The notes under the pieces were generated by a model. That model saw nothing but the letters and a program-made list of their open reading frames with translations, did not search any database and was not told where the DNA came from. This document shows, piece after piece, positions 1 to 12,679 of a DNA stretch of 64,000 bases. This stretch comes from Camelus dromedarius (lineage: Eukaryota). The stretch is from the NCBI RefSeq assembly GCF_036321535.1, contig NC_087437.1:92196001-92260000 (forward strand). The letters run 5' to 3'. The position numbers and the translations under genes are program-made. Each line of letters starts with the position of its first letter. The stretch's first letter is position 1.

Positions 1-299
1 AGCAATCCATAAAAATTATTTCAAATGATTATATATTCTTTTTGGGATTTACACCAAAACAATAGCTAAAACAATCTTAAATTGCCTCATGTTCTTAATT
101 TTAATAAGGGCAATGGTATTTTGAAATATTATTAAATATAATTATATTTGTTAAAGCAAATAAGGAATAATGTAAATCATTAGGAGAAAAGATTTTGTGG
201 GCACACAAAATAAATACAAACATAAAATAGAAAAAATTAATTAAACTTAAAGGAATTAGAAAAAATATGAACACCTATTTTTTCCTATTTTTCTAAATA

Positions 300-1232
300 A
301 TAATAATTTTTCACTCTGTCTTCTTAAAAATTCTAGAATCATGACAAATCAATAACAATGAGCAATTGGCACACTTAGGAGCATTTAGATTGTGATCTCT
401 AAATATGATTTTTTTCCTAAAGAACAAGAGCTCTTTGGAAGTGGGTAATTCTAGATCTGAGTTAGGAAATATACAAGATCAGCCTGGAGCATTTTATTTC
501 ACAGGAAAGCATGGAAAATATCTATGTCCCTAAAGGAACATAGAAGCCAAGTTGAAAGGGCAGTCACTGGCCAAGTCTGAGGCAAGTGGAGCATCAAACA
601 AAATAATGACTGCAACTCATTGAAACACATGCAATTAGTTACTCTGAAAATGATAAATGCATGAACATAATCAAGCACTGATACTGCACTTCCTGTGCAA
701 CTCAGTTTCAGGGTAACTATAGCTCATGAGCGAGAGTTCTTAAATGAAGGACTCTAGGTAATAATTGCAGAAGCAGTGATAGAATTAGAAAATCATCATT
801 TGCAATCCCTAAAAAATTATTAATCTCGATAAAACACATCAATAGTTAGTAAAACTAGCTGGAGAAAAAGGGATAGAGGACAGTGGATGAAACAGGATAA
901 CATCAGAAATTACTGATCAAACTTAACATGACTAAATGGTCAGAAAATCAGACATTATGTGCCATCTGATTTGCTGAAACACAACATATATAGATCTGTT
1001 AATGTAAAGTAGTTTGCTTCCAAATTATTAATAAAATATTAATCAGGCCTCTATATAGAACAACTGGTTTATAAGAAACATAGAAGATAGAAGTATATGT
1101 CAGAAAATGCCACAAAGTTGAAATCAGCCAAATTCTACACAATAAATCATCTAACTTCTTCAACCAATAAACAGAATAAAAGTAAGAGGAGGGAAATCTG
1201 TTACAGAATAAAAGAGACAAGAAATATCCCAG
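300..1232 (+). mobile_element. Old LINE-1 3' region (L1MC-like), 5' part of an element interrupted by the L1 at 1238-2299
   Basis: Degenerate L1MC-type 3'UTR motifs, e.g. gccaagttgaaagggcagtcactggccaagtctgagg and atcaaacttaacat...cagacattatgtgcc. Similar sequence resumes at about 2300. Confidence 0.6.
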
Positions 1233-1237
1233 ACCCA

Positions 1238-2299
1238 TTCAAAGAAGACATACCAATGGCCAACACGTACATGAAAACGTGTTCAACATCACTAATAATC
1301 AGAGAAATGCAGATAAAAATCATAATGAGATATCATCTCACAACTGTTAGAATGGCTGTTATCAAAAAGACAAGAGATAACAAATGCTGAGAGAATGTGA
1401 AGAAAAGGAACACTGGTGCACTGAAGGTATGAATGTAAATTGACTCAGCCGCTATGGAAAGCAGTATAATTCTTCGGGAAATTAAAAATAGAACTACCAT
1501 ATGACCCTGCAGGTCCACTTCTGGGTATATACCCAAAGGGAACAAAACCATATCTCAGAGATATATCTACACTCCCATATTCACTGCAGTATTATTCATA
1601 ACAGTCAAGGTATAGAGACAATCCAAGTGTTCATCAATAAATGAATATATCAAGAAAATCCCTATGAAATAAATATGGAAATATTGATATATATTTTATA
1701 TGAATGTATAGGCACTTATATATGGGTATATATAAATATAGAAATATTTTTATAAATATGTACAAATATATTTATAGGACTATAAATGGAATATTTTTCA
1801 GCCTTATACAAGAAGGAAATCTTGTCATTTGTGACAAAAAGGATGAACCTGGAGAGCATTATGCTGAGTAAAATAAGCCAGACAGGAAAAAAAAACTAAT
1901 GCATGGTATCACTTGTATGTAGAAACTAAATATTTGAAAAATATATAAACTCATAGAAACATGGAGTAGAAAAATAATTACCAGGGACTAGAGGGTTAGG
2001 GAATAGGGAGAGGCTAGTAAAAAGTTTCAAACTTTTAGTTATAAGATGAAGATCCAATGTATAACATGGTTTCTATAGTTGATAACATGGTATTGTATAA
2101 TTGAAGTTTTCTAAGAGAGTAGAATTTAAATGTTCTCACCAAAAAATTATAAAAGTAAATATGCAAGGTGACAGATGTGATGACTCAATGGGGGAAATAA
2201 TGTCACAGCGTATATTTATGTCAAATTACTATGTTGAGCACTTTAAATAGCTTACGTTTTTCTTTGCCAATTATACCTCAATAAAACTGAAAAGAAAAT
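1238..2299 (+). mobile_element. 5'-truncated LINE-1 3' end (ORF2 C-terminus + 3'UTR, L1MA9-like)
   Basis: ORF 1097-1390 ends [50 protein letters not shown], which is the L1 ORF2 C-terminal region. The 3' end reads aattatacctcaataaaactgaaaagaaaa. Collinear with the copy at about 45915-46795. Confidence 0.92.
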
Positions 2300-2710
2300 A
2301 ACACATCAAGCAAACACAAGCTCATTTAGCTCTGTATTAAAATATCTAGTGCAAAATAAGTTTCCACAAATACAATACAAAAATTTGAACAGGAGCAAGG
2401 TCTAAGATAGAGTTGAGTAAATATTAACCGGTTTGGGGCAATAACTTTACTGGTACTGTTTTTACAAAATCTATGCCTGTTGGAGGTGAATGTTACAATA
2501 TACAAGGGCAAAATAAAATCGGATCTGGTATTTGTTTTAGAACCAAAACATCAAATAATAATAATCATAATTGGAATAATTGAAAGAAGATTTTCAAAAT
2601 AGGGCTAATTGTAAAAGCTGAGTGATGAGGATTTATGATATTATTCTCCAATTTATAATTTTATAAAACATACAAAATATGATAGGAATTTTAAAAATAT
2701 AATATAAAAA
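2300..2710 (+). mobile_element. Old LINE-1 3'UTR (L1MC-like), continuation of 300-1232
   Basis: Degenerate L1M terminal motifs (atctggtatttgtttt..., gctgagtgatgaggatttatgatattattctcc) ending in an A-rich tract. Confidence 0.5.
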
Positions 2711-3090
2711 ATAGGAATCGGATGTTCCTCCCTCTGGGTAAGTCTTTTTAAAGCTACACCTTGATAATGCTATTCAGTATAACCTGGAACTCCTACATTT
2801 CAGGATTAGATAAGAGTTTAGGCAAAAAAATTAGTATTAAGGGAAATGCATAGAGGAAGCCTGTAGAGTTTATAAAAATAAAAACAATGATATTAAGGAC
2901 ATAGGGATATAGCATCTTTCAATGTATTCATTTTTATTTTATTTAGTTTGAAATTATTGACCATATCACTTGTGAAGAGAGAACTCAACAAACTACACCC
3001 GACTGTGTGCCACACTGCCAGAGCAACTTGTGTGTTAGCTTTTACTAGTTACAGACATATTTTGATCTTTTACTCATAAAGCTACAATTC

Positions 3091-3182
3091 CTTTTTTTTA
3101 ATCTTAAAAAACTATAATACAACTTTTAAAGATTATATTCCATTTATAGTTACTACAAAATATCAGCTCTACTCCCCATTTT
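3091..3182 (-). mobile_element. Older L1 3' terminus (host element, left part)
   Basis: T-rich tail followed by attccatttatagttactacaaaatatcagctctactcccca. It continues at 4684 and is the reverse complement of the 3'UTR type seen at about 63630-63690. Confidence 0.75.
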
Positions 3183-3925
3183 TTTAACTTTTTTAAATTG
3201 CATTATAGTCATTCTACAATGTTGTGTCAAATTCCAGTGTAGAGCACAATTTTTCAGTTATACATGAACATACATACATTCATTGTCACATTTTTTTCGC
3301 TGTGAGCTACCACAAGATCTTGTATATATTTCCCTGTTCTATACAGTATAATCTTGTTTATCTATTGTACATTTTGAAATCCCAGTCTGTCCCTTCCCAC
3401 CCCTCTGCCCCTTGGCAACCACAAGTTTGTATTCTATGCCTATGAGTTTCTGTTTTGTATTTATGTTCTTTCTTTTTTTTTTTTAGATTCTACATTTGAA
3501 TGATCTCATATGGTATTTTTCTTTCTTTTTCTGCCTTATTTCAGTTAGAATGACATTCTCCAGGGACTTCCATGTTGCTGCAAATGGCGTTATGTTCTCA
3601 TTTTTTATGGTTGAATAGTATTCCATTGTATAAATATACCATATCTAGTGCTGCTATGAACATTGGGGTGCAGGTGTCTTTTTGAAGTAGGGTTCCTTCT
3701 AGGTATATGCCCAGGAGTGGGATTCCTGGGTCATATGGTAAGTCTATTCCTAGTCTTTTGAGGAATCTCCATACTGTTTTCCACAGTGGCTGTACCAAAC
3801 TACATTCCCACCAGCAGTGTAGGAGGGTTCCCTTTTCTCCACAGCCTCTCCAGCATTTGTCATTTGTGGACTTTTGAATGATGGCCATTCTGACTGGTGT
3901 GAGGTGATACCTCATTGTAGTTTTG
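3183..3925 (-). mobile_element. Young L1 3' segment (ORF2 C-terminus + 3'UTR + poly(A)), non-inverted part of a 5'-inverted insertion
   Basis: ORF 3598-3915(-) [52 protein letters not shown] includes the ORF2 CCHC motif. Poly-T at about 3179-3194. The 3'UTR resembles the reverse complement of 18900-19350. Confidence 0.95.
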
Positions 3926-4670
3926 CCAAAGAATTACTGAAGAAAAAGAAAGAGGCTAGAGGAATAATTCTCCCTGACTTAAGACAATACTATAGAGCTA
4001 CAGTAATCAAAACAGCATGGTATTGGTACAAAAACAGACATATGGACCAATGGAACAGAATAGAGCCCAGAAATGAACCCACAAACTTTTGGTCAACTAA
4101 TCTTCAACAAAGGAGGCAAGACTATACAATGGAATAAAGACAATCTCTTCAGCAAATGGTGTTGGGGAAACTGGACAGCAGCATATAAATCAGTGAAGCT
4201 AGAACACTCCCTTACACCATACACAAAAATACTCAAAATGGATCAAAGACTTAAACATAAGACAAGATACAGTAAACCTCCTAGAAGAAAATATAGGTAA
4301 AACATTATCTTACATTCATCTCAAAAATATTCTCCTAGGGCAGTCTACCCAAGCAGTAGAAATAAAAGCAAGAATAAACAAATGGGACCTAATTAAACTT
4401 ACAAGCTTCTGCACAGAAAAGGAAACAGTAAGTAAAACAAAATGTCAACCTATGTAATGGGAGAAAATTTTTGCAAACAATGAAACCGACAAAAGATTGA
4501 TCTCCAGAATATATAAGCAGCTCATATGACTTAATAAGAAAAAAATAAACAACTCAGTCCAAAAATGGGTAGAAGACCTAAACAAGCAAATCTCTTAGGA
4601 AGAAATACAAATGATCAATAGGCACATGAAAAAATGCTCAATTTCACTAATTACAAGAGAAATGCAAATC
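3926..4670 (+). mobile_element. Inverted 5' segment of the same L1 (ORF2 fragment)
   Basis: Encodes [41 protein letters not shown] and [28 protein letters not shown]. It ends at gagaaatgcaaatc, exactly where the minus-strand part begins (caaaactacaatgag). Confidence 0.95.
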
Positions 4671-4683
4671 TATTTCCCATTTT

Positions 4684-4955
4684 GTACAATACATCCTTGA
4701 ACCTATAAAATACAATATACAGTACAATATAATAGTTTGTTCCTCCCATTCCCCCAACCCTATATTGCTCCCACTCTCCTTTCCCCACTGGTAGCCACGC
4801 TTGTTCTCTTTATAAGTGAGTTTGCTTCTCTTTTGTTATATTCACTAGTTTGTTGTATTTTTTAGATTCCACCTAGAAGTGATATCATGTAGTATTTGTC
4901 CTTATCTGACTTATTTCACTTAGCATAATGCCCTCCAAGTCAATCCCATGTTTCT
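4684..4955 (-). mobile_element. Older L1 3'UTR (host element, right part)
   Basis: gtacaatacatccttg...ttccccactggtagccac...ttttagattccacctagaagtgatatcatgtagtatttgtcc...gacttatttcacttagcataatgccctccaag is a typical antisense L1 3'UTR. Confidence 0.85.
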
Positions 4956-5384
4956 AAGCTACAGTTTCTTCTCCTCATTACCTTTGTCCAAGCCCTGCCC
5001 TTCTTCAAGTTTAAGACTCACCACCTCCATGAAATATTTCCTGACCAACACAGTTAGCATTATTGTCCATTTTCTTTGACCTCCTTATACAAATAATTAT
5101 ATCACTATTTACCATGTAATTACATATTGCCTCGTGTAATTTTAATAGTTTGTGCATTCTACTTCTTTCTTACTAAAGGAACCATCAATTTAGTGTTCAA
5201 TCTTGGAATCCTTATTTTGTATTAAAGTTATGTTTACATCAGTTTTTCCTAGAGCCTCCATGCATGTATTTGCATTCGTCTTCTTTATTATCTAGCTTCA
5301 TATTAGGTTTTCAATGAGTTTTATTCAGGGAGTAATTTTTTGACAATTTGGAAGAAAGGAAACCAAAATATACTGAACTTTAGC

Positions 5385-5540
5385 ATGTCAAGTACCATGC
5401 TAGGATCTTTATACATGATAAGTACTATTACATTATTTTCCAAGGTTTAGGGAAAAGAAAAACTAATGATCAGAAAATCATGTAATTTTTCTCAGTGTTG
5501 CTAATAAATGGAGAAGCTGAGATCTGAACCCAGCATTGGA
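5385..5540 (-). mobile_element. MIR fragment
   Basis: Degenerate MIR motifs: ccatgctaggatctttatacat and aaatggagaagctgagatctgaacccag. Confidence 0.5.
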
Positions 5541-7354
5541 AATACTAAAAGGTTTTTATTTTATTGTTTTTGTTGTCTCTGCATATGTGGAAGTAAAAAG
5601 TAACACAGAAAAAGAGGGATAATAATAATGTGAGCATGTCGGAGACATGAAAGTAATTGTTTTCTTATTTAAGAAAGAATGCCTTGTTCTATTTTCACAC
5701 AAAATTATTTTTTCTCTTCAAGAGTTTTACTTCTTTCTTAATGGCTTTCTCTTTAAAACCTAGTTTTCACCTTATCCATGTACATTTCTGTAGCCTTGGG
5801 TGTGGAGTAGGACACACCACAGGAATATACGGATGTGAGCTCTTTTAATTTTTAATTAAAAATCGTGTTGCAATCAAGCCCTAAGAGATTAACACTCTCA
5901 TGCTAAGACCCAGAACAGAATATAACCAGTACCTTCTCTTTAGTTAATGTGTGTCCCCTAAGTTGTCTGTAACATTATCACTCATTTCAAAGTGTCTCTG
6001 TAAGATAACACCCCTGGTTTCCCTACCAGCAGGAAAATGAATAATGTGTAGCAAGAAAAATGAATTTTCCCCATGACAAAGACACATAGAGACACCCAAA
6101 TTTTCCTCTGGGATTGTCCAGTAATCATAATAAGGAATTCTGCTTATGCTATCCAAGAAATGTATCTAACCCATCTTTGTCCTTCTCCCGTTGAACCCAT
6201 TTTGCCTTAGATAGAAAGATATGCTGTTGCACTGCTTTACAGTCCCTTATTTGGTTCAGCAGGGAAGTGCTGTAATTACTCCCACTGCTCTTTTTTGCCT
6301 TCCACTCTGATCGTTACTGCTGGCCCCACATTGTGCTGGCTTATTGCTACTAAATGATCTGTGAGAACAGACCAGGAGTAATGACAGCATATAACTGGAA
6401 AGAAGGAGACAATGTTCTTCCATCCACATCTTTTTTTTTTTTGTATTGAGAAGCTTCAGAAGTTTGGTTATTGTTTATTTTCTCCCATGTTTTGTTCATT
6501 ATTTCCTATAGCTGCTCCATTATGTTTGTTTCCCTCCACCCCAATTTTTTTTGTGTGTATTTTGTGTCTGCAATTACTGGGAGCATCAGAAGCATGCAAT
6601 TTTCCATCACCTTTTGTAATGCTTTGAACCATAACCTGGAGATAAAAAGACTCATTGTGCCATTTAAAATCAGTTTATACTAAATTAATATTATCCAGCG
6701 ATTGTAGGAGAGCCACAGAATCGAATATATCTAATACATAGCTTTGATTATCAGTGTAACAATGGTTTTGAAAATTCTTCTGACAAACTGAACACTTTAA
6801 TGATCCATTCTTTGCCCAGCATCAGATTTCATGATGTCTCCTCTTTATTTTCCACTAATCATTGAACTTCTGGGTTTTCAGAAAGGATAGAATACAGTGC
6901 AAATTGCAATCTTTATACTTGTGTAAGTAATTGTTTAAGTCCATTTACGAAAAAAAGAACAAAGACAAAAACAAACAAAAAAAACCTCTATGCACCACCA
7001 TATCTAACAATTTCCTCATAATCAAGACCCTTCTTTATCATCCTCATCACAATAAGGCTTGACATGTGTGGGTTTCTACTTGAAGCAGGTACCATGAGTA
7101 AGATCTCTCCTATTACCTATAATGTGTAGAAAATACCTAAGTAAATATTAAATTAATGCATGATACTCATGCTTTAAATGTGTCTACTGATAAGAAAATT
7201 AATTTTTAGTGTATTTGCAATATATTATGTAGTTAGAAATTATACATTAAATCTAATACATTAAGACTGTTAGGGAAAATTAGAACTTTTTGAACATTCC
7301 TTGGATATGATGCTTCAATATGAATATGTGTTCCTTTTCTGATTTCTGTAATAT

Positions 7355-7889
7355 TGTTACCCCCCAAAAAAGGAAAAGAAAAAGACCTCAGTCCTTGTAT
7401 TACTCGAAAGACAAGATTGCAGATAGGAGATGGAGAGCACTGTGCAGTGAAAGATTTTGAAGGATTTGTTTAGAAAAGGAAAAGAATACCTCCAAGAACA
7501 GAAGGCAGGCTGATCCAAAGGAGGAAGAGCAGGGGTCTCTGTTTTGCCCTTTCTCTTACACCCTTACTTACAGGTGGTCTTTCGATTGATTGCTGGTTCT
7601 TGCCCCTGGAATGCCTAGTCATGCTTGTTTCCTTTGTGCATGTTCTTACTCACGGTCTTTACAGAAAAAAAAACCCTGGAGGGGGCTTAAACCACAATGT
7701 TAATTATATTACAATGAGCATTGAGTCATGCCTGGTTAAGTTATTTCTTCACTCCAACACAGTTGCAGCTGTTGGCTTCTAACTGGTTTCTTGCTGGCAC
7801 TCATTTAGAAGTCAGGTGCCATCTTCTGGACCATTCTCCCTCTCCTCCATCTATTTGCCCGGTTCCCCAGCTTATCTAACTACCTAACG
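7355..7889 (-). mobile_element. Solo LTR, ERV1-class
   Basis: Termini are tgttac...tacctaacg (decayed TG...CA) with candidate 4-bp TSD atat/ctat. Shares blocks with the LTR at 35801-36443 (gaaggcaggctg / gcaggcaggctc; terminal tatctaactacctaac / tatctgcctgctctaac). Confidence 0.7.
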
Positions 7890-8864
7890 CTATGACAATG
7901 ACACTAACCATCTGAAGATATTTGTTCCCAACAGTGATGAAGGCATTATTCCCAGTATAGATTCTGTCCCAGCTATTTAATGCATTTTGACATTTGTGTT
8001 TTTCTTCTATGAGATGTTTGTGTCTTTTGAACAGGTAACACGTCTAACTCATAATTGTATTCTCTCCATTACCATGCTTTAGGCAATGGACAAAGAAGAC
8101 AATATTTATTGATAGAATATATGTATTTTTTAAAAAATCAAGTAAATATCAGTTTTCAAATTTTCTAACCTAAGAAACTCTTTAATATAGGTGGATATTT
8201 AATATTGTATTGTATATTGTAAAATCTCTATCATACTTAGTTGATGAAACATATATAAACAACTTATGTTTAAAGTATTAGTGTTCCAAATAGTCCCCTG
8301 ATGTCTAGCTTTCTGCTCTACCATCAAAACTCAAGTTATCTACAAAAGGAATCTATTTTGTATATTTATAACCCTTTAAGGATACTTTCAATATTACATG
8401 AAATTTTTAAGGGTCTCTATTATGTACATATTTCATCATTTCAGCATAAAAAAGAAAATATTGTTAATTATTAAATATCCATATGGAAAAACAAGAGACT
8501 TTTCCCATATATTCATAGTATAGAATTTCAAATTTTGATTTCAAAGTTATTTAATGATAACTACAAAGAATATATGACTATGTAGCATACTACTCTCTGT
8601 TTCACTCACTCTGGTGTCATACATTTTGGTACTTTTTCCTAAAATTATAAAATAATGTTACCAGTTGAAGATTCATTTACTTTCATAAACTGTTATTTTA
8701 GAAAATATCATAATGAGCTATAATAACTGAAATCTTAAACAAAGCTTACAGTTCATAGTGTTAATACTTTGCCCTTCAAGAGTACAAATGCAGTATATCT
8801 AGGACACTGATAAGTTTGTAAAAAATTAAGTACAAGAGCAAGATTTTCTATTTCTACATGAATT

Positions 8865-9150
8865 TAAAACGGGCTGTAAAGGATATTTTGACTATGGTTT
8901 CTTTATTAGATAATGTTGTATCAATGATAAACTTTCTGGCTTTGTTTATAAAATAGTATATGATTTAAATGCTAAAGTATTTAGGAGTAAAGTCTTAAGA
9001 TGTTTGCAAATGGTTTCAAATGATTCAGCAAGAAATTAAAGGGAGAAATAAAGAGAACAAGAGAAAAAATATGTGACTGTGAGTGACAGTATGCCTATGC
9101 TTCTTTTCCCCATCTTTTTGCAGTTTGAAAATGTTTAAAATAAAATACTG
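8865..9150 (+). mobile_element. Ancient L1 3'UTR fragment (L1ME-like)
   Basis: attagataatgttgtatcaatgataaactttc...aagtatttaggagtaaag...tttcaaatgattcag...gtttgaaaatgtttaaaataaaa. Confidence 0.65.
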
Positions 9151-9954
9151 GGTAGAAAACCTTAAGTTATATATCTAGGATAATGTGTGAAAAACAGGAC
9201 CACTGCCATCAATTTTTCCATTTGTTTGGTAACATTTATTAATTGTTTGCACATCACAGAATTTGTTAATGAAGACTATCACTGAAATTTCTTATAATAT
9301 ATATATATTGAATTAGCACACTAGAGATATCACAAACAGTAACAGCAGGTTTTTCTGCAAGCTCTGGGTATGAATATCTTGTACTTTGTTAATATTCTTT
9401 TCTGATATTAAAGAGCTACTGTTAGAGAAATCACTCTTCCTAATTCCCCGCTGTGTTTCACACAAGTCAGTCTAAATAAACTGGGGAGTCTATTATTTAT
9501 ATTAAGTTATGCATCATATTATATGTAGATGGATATTTGACATGTGGCCACATTATAATGAAAGCATGCAAATCTAGGTAATAAATAAATCAGATTTTTT
9601 GGAAGGATGACATTGGAATAAGAAGGAGAGACTGAAGTAACAGGCTGGTAATACTCTCTTATGTTTAGATGGAGACTAGGACCTAATATTCCAAAAAGCC
9701 TTGCAACATTTGTTGGCTCTTTGTAGGGCACTCTGGACACAGTGTACAGTTTCAAAGGGAATCTCAGAGGTCTGCTGTTAAATCTCAATGTTCACATTTG
9801 TAAATTAAAGGCATTAGACCAAATGATTTATTTGAAAAAAAAAAAAAGAAAACTTCTATTTCTAATATATTTAATCCTATAAACTGTAGGAAGCATAGCT
9901 GGCATATACTTGCTGTTTGGGGACCTCTTTCTTAAAGATGAACTAAGTCCATAT

Positions 9955-10170
9955 TTTTGATAGCGTACTAGGTGCTACACATTAAAGCATTTTTTAAATT
10001 TCCTCTTTACAACAGCGAGGTGAGTTCTGTTTTATTCTCCCCATTTTCCAGTTGAGAAAACTTAATCTCAAAGAGAAAGAACAGTTGGCAGAAAATGCCA
10101 ACAGTATGTTAGTGGAGGGCTTGGAATTTAAATCTAGATTTATCTGGTTGCAAAGGAAATAAAGGCATAT
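9955..10170 (-). mobile_element. MIR
   Basis: MIR core ccccattttccagttgagaaaactt...gttagtggagggcttggaatttaaatctagatttatctg. Confidence 0.75.
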
Positions 10171-11713
10171 ATTCCCATAATTTCTATAATACAAAACCGT
10201 CCCTCTTTCTCTAGGTCCTAGTGCATCCACTGTATTCCCTTCACAATCAGAAATTCATTCTTCTCTATCTAGTTCTGGAAGCATTTAATGTGTTTACTTA
10301 GAAATTACAGCAATAGCTTAACTTCATTTCCAGCCCATAGCACCCAACACCGATTTGGGCTAAGAGCAGCCATTAAATAAACAATTGATGATTAAAGAAA
10401 TTGTTTCCATCGCTATTTCAACACAGGAGGCAGTAGCACTCCTGATTATGTTTTAATGTTATCCGTTTAGGCAGTTTTTTGGTGGTTTTTTTTTGTTTGT
10501 TTCTGTTTTTGTTTTTACAGTTGAGAGATTTAAGTTTTAAATATCAGACTGTCAGCCAATTGCCAATCAAGAAGATACAGTAAGCAACCTCAGGGTGCAT
10601 TATCAGAATCTTCAATGATAATTTCCATTAAAATGTAAGTTTCTCTAAAAATAGATGTAAATTTCCTTACCAGTCTAAACCTGCCTTTCCCAACAGATCA
10701 GCATTTTTCACATGTATTTATGTAGATGTTTGTTTGAAATAACTGCATCACTTCTAAATCATGTTACCCCAGTTCTCTGCATGTCTTTAAGATTCCTTTA
10801 TCATCCCCATCAATGTGCTGCATGTTCAGCCCTATTAGTTTTGAGCTTAATGCTGTGCAGTTTAGCTTGCTGATAAAAGCCTTATTGTAGTGTTTTTAAT
10901 ACCTACAGTGCCTCTGTGATTTTGCACAAATTAATTGTTCTTTTGTAGCTATTTTAGCTTTTTAGTACTTTGAAGCTGTTACTGAGGAGATAGACAAGGG
11001 GGAACCGTGGTTTACAGCACGACAGCTTAATTTACATAGGCAATGTGAAATGGAATGATGAGGAAATTAAATAGAGGAAGAAGAAAGAAAAAAAAAAAAA
11101 AGCCTGCACCATTGAAAACCATTTGTATTTGACCTGAATGATCCAGTTTGAAAAACTACCTAAAAAGAACTACCCAGATGATTGCTGTGGCCTTCACTTA
11201 AGCTTTTCTGAATAACAGACTAGAAGATTAAAAGCTCATATTTCTTTAAAAAGCAAAAACAAGATTTATGATCTTAAGCAATACTCAATTTGAAGTAAAG
11301 GATAGGGAGATAATTTATCACATTTGAATATTTTCCAGAAAGTGATACAAGAATTATCCTTGCCCAGATCCTGAACCATGTACAAGGGGAGAGAGAGAGG
11401 GCATCTTTTCCAATGACCTTTTTATTCAACTCTGATGAACACCTCACACTCTCACACTCTACGTATGTGTCTCTGAAGTCATCCTTTTCAGATTTCACCA
11501 TTTGTGCTTTCGCATCTCTTATGTTAACATAAGGGACCAAACAGTCAATCACATGGAATGTTTTAATATTCTTTTTATACCATTAAGAATTCTTGTAATG
11601 CATTTTTTTAATTAAACAGACAAATCATTTAGGTGTTTGAATTTGGTCCTAGGGATAAAGGAATGAGCAGAGGAGGTACAATACCTGCCTTAAGGGGGTT
11701 TATATACTGCCTA

Positions 11714-12206
11714 TGTTAATAGGGAAGAACAAATCTGACTCCGTATTACATCTGTTCGTTTAGTTCTAACCCTGCGCTCTGTTTCCTGTGCTTAGTCATG
11801 CTGCTCCTGCACCTTTTGTAAAAGAATGTTGCCTGTAGCCTGAAATATACAGGATAGCCCATCCTCAAGGCTCTGACCTTCATGGCTACAACACTCTTCC
11901 ATTTATATAGAGATAAGCTGCAGAACAGAGAATAACATTTGTCTTATTGGAGGTTTACAGGAACATCATGACCTGACTTACGTGGACAGTTGCAAGAACA
12001 AAGAATTACAACTCCAATAAGTTTGCAACAACCAACCATGCCCCTTCCCCTTTGTAGTATAAAAGGAGCCTGAATTTTGACTTGAGAAACATGGTTACCA
12101 ATCTTCTCGCTCTGAGGACTTTCTGAACAAAGTCATTCCCAAAACCTCATCTCCTGATTTATTGGCCTGTCATGTGGCGAGCAGAGTAAGTTTGGAGTCA
12201 GTAACA
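11714..12206 (+). mobile_element. Solo LTR, ERV1-class (MER41-like)
   Basis: TGTTA...TAACA inverted termini; TATAAAA at 12058-12064; decayed poly(A) signal aacaaa at 12126; start tgttaatagggaagaacaaatctgactcc. Inserted next to an L2-like fragment (about 11620-11713). The TSD is not well preserved. Confidence 0.8.
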
Positions 12207-12679
12207 CACAAATATAAAATCAAAGTATGAATACACAATTGCAAATTAAAACTTAGAATATAGCTATTAATATTAAGTGATATAATTAAATATTGTGAAA
12301 GGCTATGGCTGTGTCGATTATGGAATCAAGGAGGAAGTTAGGATAAGAGTGAAATTAATGGCTGAGGTTATGATTTCCTGTGTGTGATTTGGACGTAGAT
12401 GGGATTAGAGAGGTGGCCAGGCTGTGGGTATATTTTAGTAAAAATCATTTTCCCTTTTCTTACTTAAGTGTTTTGTATCAATTTTTGTTTTTGTTTTTTT
12501 TTTTGGATGGGACATCTTAATATCCCAGATATGCTTGGGATCAATCAGAGTTTATTTCATATTCAGAATCATCACCGTGAAAACTACTGTCTGAAGAAGG
12601 ATTGCTCCAGACTTATCCTTTGTTTCTAGAACTCTGGGGCTCCTGAGGCACTGGTTTAATTACTTCCAGGATTAGGAAA

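Noticed and set aside
10084..10102. Inverted repeat gttggca-gaaaa-tgccaac as an NFI site
   Set aside because: The spacing is TTGGC-N7-GCCAA rather than the canonical N5, and it lies inside a MIR.
11518..11533. 16-bp palindrome cttatgttaacataag
   Set aside because: Arms of 8 bp are expected by chance roughly once or more in 64 kb of AT-rich DNA.
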